DNA of 64,000 nucleotides from Octopus vulgaris (Eukaryota). The stretch spans positions 15,562,001-15,626,000 of the forward strand of contig OX597824.1 in NCBI GenBank assembly GCA_951406725.2. Direction: 5' to 3'. Numbering within the stretch: the first letter of the stretch is position 1; each line of letters begins with the position of its first letter. The position numbers and the translations under genes were made by a program. The notes beneath the pieces are model-generated. The model was not told where the DNA came from. It saw nothing but the letters and a program-made list of their open reading frames with translations, and ran no database searches. Of the stretch, positions 57,864 through 64,000 are shown piece after piece.

Positions 57864-58094
57864 AGGTACGTGCATAAATGTATTTGCATGTATAATATAT
57901 ATGTATGTATGTACATTGATATATATATGCATACATAAAAAGACTCATAACTCGTAGTTTAATTGCCTTCAAATAAACGACAAAATCACCTCCATCTGAA
58001 TGTTTTTTTTTTCTCTTAGTTCACGTAAAATTAGTTTTTTCCAAAATATATTTATGCGGGTGAATGCTTGTTTACTTTTCTGAACGAGAGACCT

Positions 58095-58870
58095 GTATGT
58101 ATGTATGTATGTATGCATGTATGTATGTATGTATGTATGTATGTATGTATGTATGTATGTATGTATGTATGTATGTATGTATGTATGTATGTATGTATGA
58201 ATGTATGTATGAATGTATGCATGTATGTATGTATGTATGTATGTATGTATGTATGTATGTATGTATGTATGTATGTATGTATGTATGTATGTATGTATGT
58301 ATGTATGTATGTATGTATGTATGTATGTATGTATGTATGTGTGTATGTATGTATGTATGTATGTATGTATGTATGTATGTATGTATGTATGTATGTATGT
58401 ATGTATGTATGTATGTATGTATGTATGTATGTATGTATGTATGTATGTATGTATGTATGTATGTATGTATGTATGTATGTATGTATGTATGTATGTATGT
58501 ATGTATGTATGTATGTATGTATGTATGTATGTATGTATGTATGTATGTATGTATGTATGTATCTTCTATTTTTCAATAATTATAAATCTTCTACTGAGGA
58601 GGGAGCTGGTTTCCAACAAAGATACAAGGCTCCATCTTGGGATGTAGTTACCGCAGACAAATATGTATTATGTATATATGTATGTATGTATGTATTATAT
58701 ATGTATATATGTATGTATGTATTATATATGTATATATGTATGTATGTATGTATGTATTATATATGTATATATGTATGTATGTATGTATGTATTATATATG
58801 TATATATGTATGTATGTATGTATTCTGTATGTATGAATGCATTATGTATGTATGTATGTGTGTATGTATG
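58095..58870. repeat. Long (TATG)n arrays
   Basis: Read directly. Confidence 0.95.
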
Positions 58871-59610
58871 TTTTATTTAAGTCCTTCTTCAGAGATTTCA
58901 AGCCGATCGCTAACAAAGCGACAAGACTTTTTGAGTTAAAAGTGTTCCCCGTGTTAGTAAATATGAAGTTGATTTGGTGTGTTGGTTGAATTGTCAATGC
59001 ACTCAGCGGAGTCTGTGCATATATTCATGTAAACACGATTCTCAGACGGAGAATCTTTGGAAAGTTTTACAAATCTTCACTGTGCCGCGAATAGATTAGA
59101 TTTGGAAAAATCTGCGTCAGTTTCTTTTGTTCTTACTTCCAAAAAAAAAAAGAAAAACCAAAAATACCTATTACCTGGTTTTTGTGTAAATGTGTAGGTA
59201 CTTAGCTTAATACACCTATGATAACAGGTATAAATGAGAAATTATAATCAGGGTACAAGAGCTGAAACCTCCGAATAAATTCACCAGAAATGTTCTTCTT
59301 TCCTAGGCTTTTGATTGTACATTCACGTCAACTGGGCAGGTGACCTCTACAAAAGTGACTGACTTTTGTTCCTTGTCCCACAGAACAATACGAGGTCTGT
59401 AATGTTTGCACTGAAACGATGTTATTATTGGAATATTCCACCAGTATTCCTCGTTTTTAAAGGTGTGAATACATTCTGTATGTGTATCTTACATGTATGT
59501 ATACATGTATGTGTATAGGTGTGTGTATATATGTAGACATATGTGTGTGTACATATATATGTATGCATACATTTCAGTATGTACGCGTTTGAGTGTTTGT
59601 GTGTTTGTGT

Positions 59611-59646
<36 letters not shown>

Positions 59647-60320
59647 TTGAAGCGACGCATTCATGAATGAGGGTCTGTTATATATAATGTCTGGAAAAGA
59701 CGGGTGGTCATAGAAGGAACGTCTTGTCATCATTTTCATCGTTGGCCTACGTCGCCGTCAGATTAGTACTTTGCTAAACAATACAACCAGCAACACAATC
59801 CAAACCACCAATGCTACCACCACCACCACCACCACCACCACCACCACCGCCACCATCACAACCACAGCAATAAGCAAGGCATTGTAACAAGTAGTTTTCA
59901 AACTTCTCTTTATTTTAAGTTTTGAAAAACTATAAAAACTTTTAATTAACAATTATTAATGAGCAATTTATTACTTAGTGCTGTCTGTCAAGAATTTCAC
60001 TTAAAATTCTTTAACATTTTGAAATCATTATCATCATTGTTCTTTCTCACAAATTAAATTAATTTCAATACATTTAAAATTTTAAAGAAATTTCCGAAAT
60101 AGCGGAAGAAATGCCAACCACAAGCAGAGAATAAAAGAGCGAGTGTAACGGGCAAACAGACAGACAAACATACACAATCTCTGTAGATGTTGGTAATTAT
60201 ACAAGAGGTGATTAAAACGTTACTAATTAGCAGTTCTTCGATGTAAGTAAATGAGTCTTGATGGTAGATTCTGTAATTTATTTGATAGACCTCTTGTAAT
60301 AAGTTGTTCAATAACATATA

Positions 60321-60402
<82 letters not shown>

Positions 60403-60606
60403 AAATGAGAAAATGGAGAAACATACCTAAATCAATCATCAACCATCAGATAATACCCAATCAATACTTTATTAAACCATTACACAACAGCAATGACATT
60501 ATACATAATATATTACAAATATATATATATGTATATTTATATATACATACATATATACATATATATACATATATATATATAAGCAAAATGCATGTCTATC
60601 TATCTG

Positions 60607-60793
60607 TTTAAAATTATAATTTAGGGTATCTGAGAGATACCACCACGCTAAAAATAGCAGTCAAAACTTGACTCTAAACCACATTAAATGTTCGTATAGC
60701 ACTATGAACATTTAATGTGGTTTTAGAGTGAAGTTTTGACTGCTATTTCCAGTGTCGAGGTTTCTCTTAGATACCCTAAATTATAATTTTAAA
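60607..60793. repeat. Imperfect palindrome, arms of about 90 bp
   Basis: TTTAAAATTATAATTTAGGGTATCT..CCACATTAAATGTTC / GAACATTTAATGTGG..AGATACCCTAAATTATAATTTTAAA. Confidence 0.9.
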
Positions 60794-60897
60794 TAATTAT
60801 TACCTTTCAAAGGTTTTTATTCCCATGCTGGCCACCTGATAAGATCGGTATTTAAATATCGATCTTATATTTATTTATTTAAATTTATCTATCTATA

Positions 60898-60978
<81 letters not shown>

Positions 60979-61019
60979 GCCTGTCTGTTTGTCTGTCTGT
61001 CTGTCTGTTTGTCTGTCTA

Positions 61020-61062
<43 letters not shown>

Positions 61063-61167
61063 GTCTGACTGTCTCTCTATCTATGCATCCACACACATAC
61101 AAACACACAAACAAATGTATAGATACACATACATACAAATGTTGATTATTGGTGACTAAAGGTATTC

Positions 61168-61363
61168 TTTATATCCAATTTCTCATTCTTATTAAAACAC
61201 CGAATACTGCGCTTTTAGCCTTGAGAGAACCTCTCATATACGCGCTTGGTACTTTAAATCACACATGTAGATCGTTCAAATACCCATATAAGAGGATCTC
61301 TCAAGGCTAATAACGCAGTATTCGGTAATCTTACAAAAAATCCATGTTAAGCTGGATATAAAG
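61168..61363. repeat. Diverged inverted repeat
   Basis: ACCGAATACTGCG..TTAGCCTTGAGAGA / TCTCTCAAGGCTAA..CGCAGTATTCGGT; outer CTTTATATCCA / TGGATATAAAG. Confidence 0.8.
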
Positions 61364-61368
61364 ATTAG

Positions 61369-61425
<57 letters not shown>

Positions 61426-61650
61426 TTAAACATTTCTTTGCAGCCACATGCATTTGGGTTTAGTCACACACCCACTGTACGGCACCTTGGGCAAATACAT
61501 GTGCTCTGCTATGTCTCTGGGCCACTTTGTGATTCTAGAGAGATTTTGGTAGATGGATACTCTGTCGAAACACGTCCAATACATGCGCGCACACACGTAT
61601 ATACATATACATATATATATATATATATATAAATATATATATATACATAT

Positions 61651-61719
<69 letters not shown>

Positions 61720-61940
61720 TATATTAATAAAAAGAATTCCAACCTTGTCTGATTTTCACGTTTTATTTACAATCTTATAATGATATATTATAAGATAATA
61801 TATTATAATTGAATAAAATAAAATAAATAGTAGAATGTTAAATATTCATTCTGATTGAACTAGTACTTTCATGCATTGAATTCTGCAATCTTCGGGTTCA
61901 TGTAGTAGTGTTGACAGTCATGCTTCACAATTTTTGACTG

Positions 61941-61978
<38 letters not shown>

Positions 61979-62183
61979 TATATATATATATATACATATA
62001 CACACGTATGTTTATACACACACACACACACACATATATATATATGTACTCGTCTGTGCATATAGGTATATTATATATATATGAGCATATACAAATAAAT
62101 ATATATTAATAATAATATTATATACATATACATGCATACCCATACATACATACATATATGCATATATATATATATAAATATGG

Positions 62184-62236
<53 letters not shown>

Positions 62237-62242
62237 TATAAC

Positions 62243-62279
<37 letters not shown>

Positions 62280-62308
62280 CATATATGCATATATATATAC
62301 ATACATAC

Positions 62309-62378
<70 letters not shown>

Positions 62379-62678
62379 CAAATTGAAATACATATATACA
62401 TATACACAAATCAATAGTTTAAAACGTAGATACAGGGATAGAAAGACAGACAGATGAGATACATTTTTGCTGTTCCATTGTTTAGGGACACACACATTGG
62501 TATATGTTCTCTCTACCAAAGGATGAAGAATTTATCACAAATATGCTCAATAAAAAATTTCCAAAAAATGCAATTAGTTGGGAATTTCACAACTTATGTG
62601 TGGAAAGTTGAACTGGAATTATAGGAATCTAGAATACACACAATAAAAAGATGATAATATAATAACTATGGTAAAATA

Positions 62679-62845
62679 GGTGCAGGAGTGGCTGTGTGGT
62701 AAGTAGCTTGCTAACCAACCACATGGTTCCGGGTTCAGTCCCACTGCGTGGTATCTTGGGCAAGTGTGTCTTCTGTTATAGCCTCGGGCCGACCAATGCC
62801 TTGTGAGTGGATTTGGTAGACGGAAACTGAAAGAAGCCTGTCGTA

Positions 62846-62912
<67 letters not shown>

Positions 62913-63125
62913 GTGTTTGTGTGTCTGTGTTTGTCCACCTAGCATTGCTTGACAACCGATGCTGGTGTGTTTACGTCCCCGTCACTTAGCGGTTCGGCAA
63001 AAGAGACCGATAGAATAAGTACTGGGCTTACAAAGAATAAGTCCCGGGGTTGATTTGCTCGACTAAAGGCGGTGCTCCAGCATGGCCGCAGTCAAAATAC
63101 TGAAACAAGTAAAAGAGTAAAAGAG
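62679..63125 (+). mobile_element. SINE family A, full length
   Basis: Complete head, microsatellite and tail. Confidence 0.92.
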
Positions 63126-63244
63126 AGAGAGTATGGCTACACTAAATAATATACGCGTGTACACTACTGAAAAACACATACACACATATTGTTACATATA
63201 TATATATATATATGACATAGGATATATATATTTATTTATTATGC

Positions 63245-63884
63245 TTTTACTTGCTTTAGTCAGTTTTGACTGAGGACATGCTGGAGCACCGCCTTCTGAG
63301 TCGAAAAAATCGAACCCTGCACTTATTCTTTGTAAGCCTGGTACTTATTCTATCGGTTCTCTTCTGCCGGATTACTACGTTACGGGGACGTATACACATC
63401 AACATCGGTTGACAAAGAGTGGTGGGGGACAAACGTAGACAGAGAGACACACACGCACATAGTTACATACATATATGCAATGTACTTCTTTCAGTTTCCG
63501 TCTACCAAATTCACTCACGAGGCTTTGGTGAACCCGAGGCTATAATAGACAACATAGGCGAGCTGGCAGAAACGTTAGCACGCCGGGCGAAATGCGTAGC
63601 CGTGTTTTGTCTGTCGTTACGTTTTGAGTTCAAATTCCGCCGAGGTCGACTTTGCCTTTCATCCTTTCGGGGTCGATAAATTAAGTACCAGTTACGCACT
63701 GGGGTCGATGTAATCGACTAAATCCTTTTGTCTGTCCTTGTTTGTCCCCTCTGTGTTTAGCCCCTTGTGGGTAGTAAAGAAATATATAATAGACAACATA
63801 TGCCAAAGGTGCCACGAAGAGGGACTGAACACGGAACTATGTGGTTAAGAAGTTGGCTTTTTACCACGCAGCCGCACCTGCGCC
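63245..63884 (-). mobile_element. SINE family A interrupted by a family C insertion
   Basis: Family A blocks resume after 63800. Confidence 0.85.
63557..63784 (+). mobile_element. SINE family C; 16-bp TSD
   Basis: TSD TATAATAGACAACATA at 63541-63556 and 63785-63800. Confidence 0.92.
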
Positions 63885-64000
63885 TGTAAGCTTGTGTAGG
63901 TATATTCATATATGTATACATGTATATATATATATATGCATGGATGCATATATATGTGCTGTGTGCATAACATATGTGTATGTATATATATGCATATATG

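Overview
AT-rich, microsatellite-saturated animal genomic DNA. The SINE families and (TA)n/(TATG)n/(CA)n load point to an octopus/coleoid cephalopod (inference). The only credible protein-coding host feature is the main coding exon of a Six3/6 (optix-class) homeobox gene (+, 20102-20673: Six domain plus homeodomain, ending at a phase-2 GT donor). Its downstream exon is not recognisable in the remaining 43 kb. The rest is repeats: three tRNA-derived SINE families, a Tc1 and a mariner relic, Tc1/hAT/pogo MITEs, an RTE LINE 3' end and simple repeats, which account for nearly all other ORFs. The main unexplained signal is a set of mutually dissimilar short elements, mostly fold-back inverted repeats next to (TA)n/(CA)n tracts, each carrying a minimal type-I hammerhead ribozyme motif (stem I-CUGANGA-stem II-GAAA-short, often palindromic stem III-NUH-stem I'). 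At least 7 loci are present, including a tRNA-headed SINE-like element with a hammerhead tail, a tandem two-hammerhead unit, a U3-A8 compensatory core variant and an intact sense-strand copy in the presumed Six3/6 intron. The architecture suggests non-autonomous Penelope-like/retrozyme elements. Ribozyme activity is inferred from motif folding by eye, not tested.
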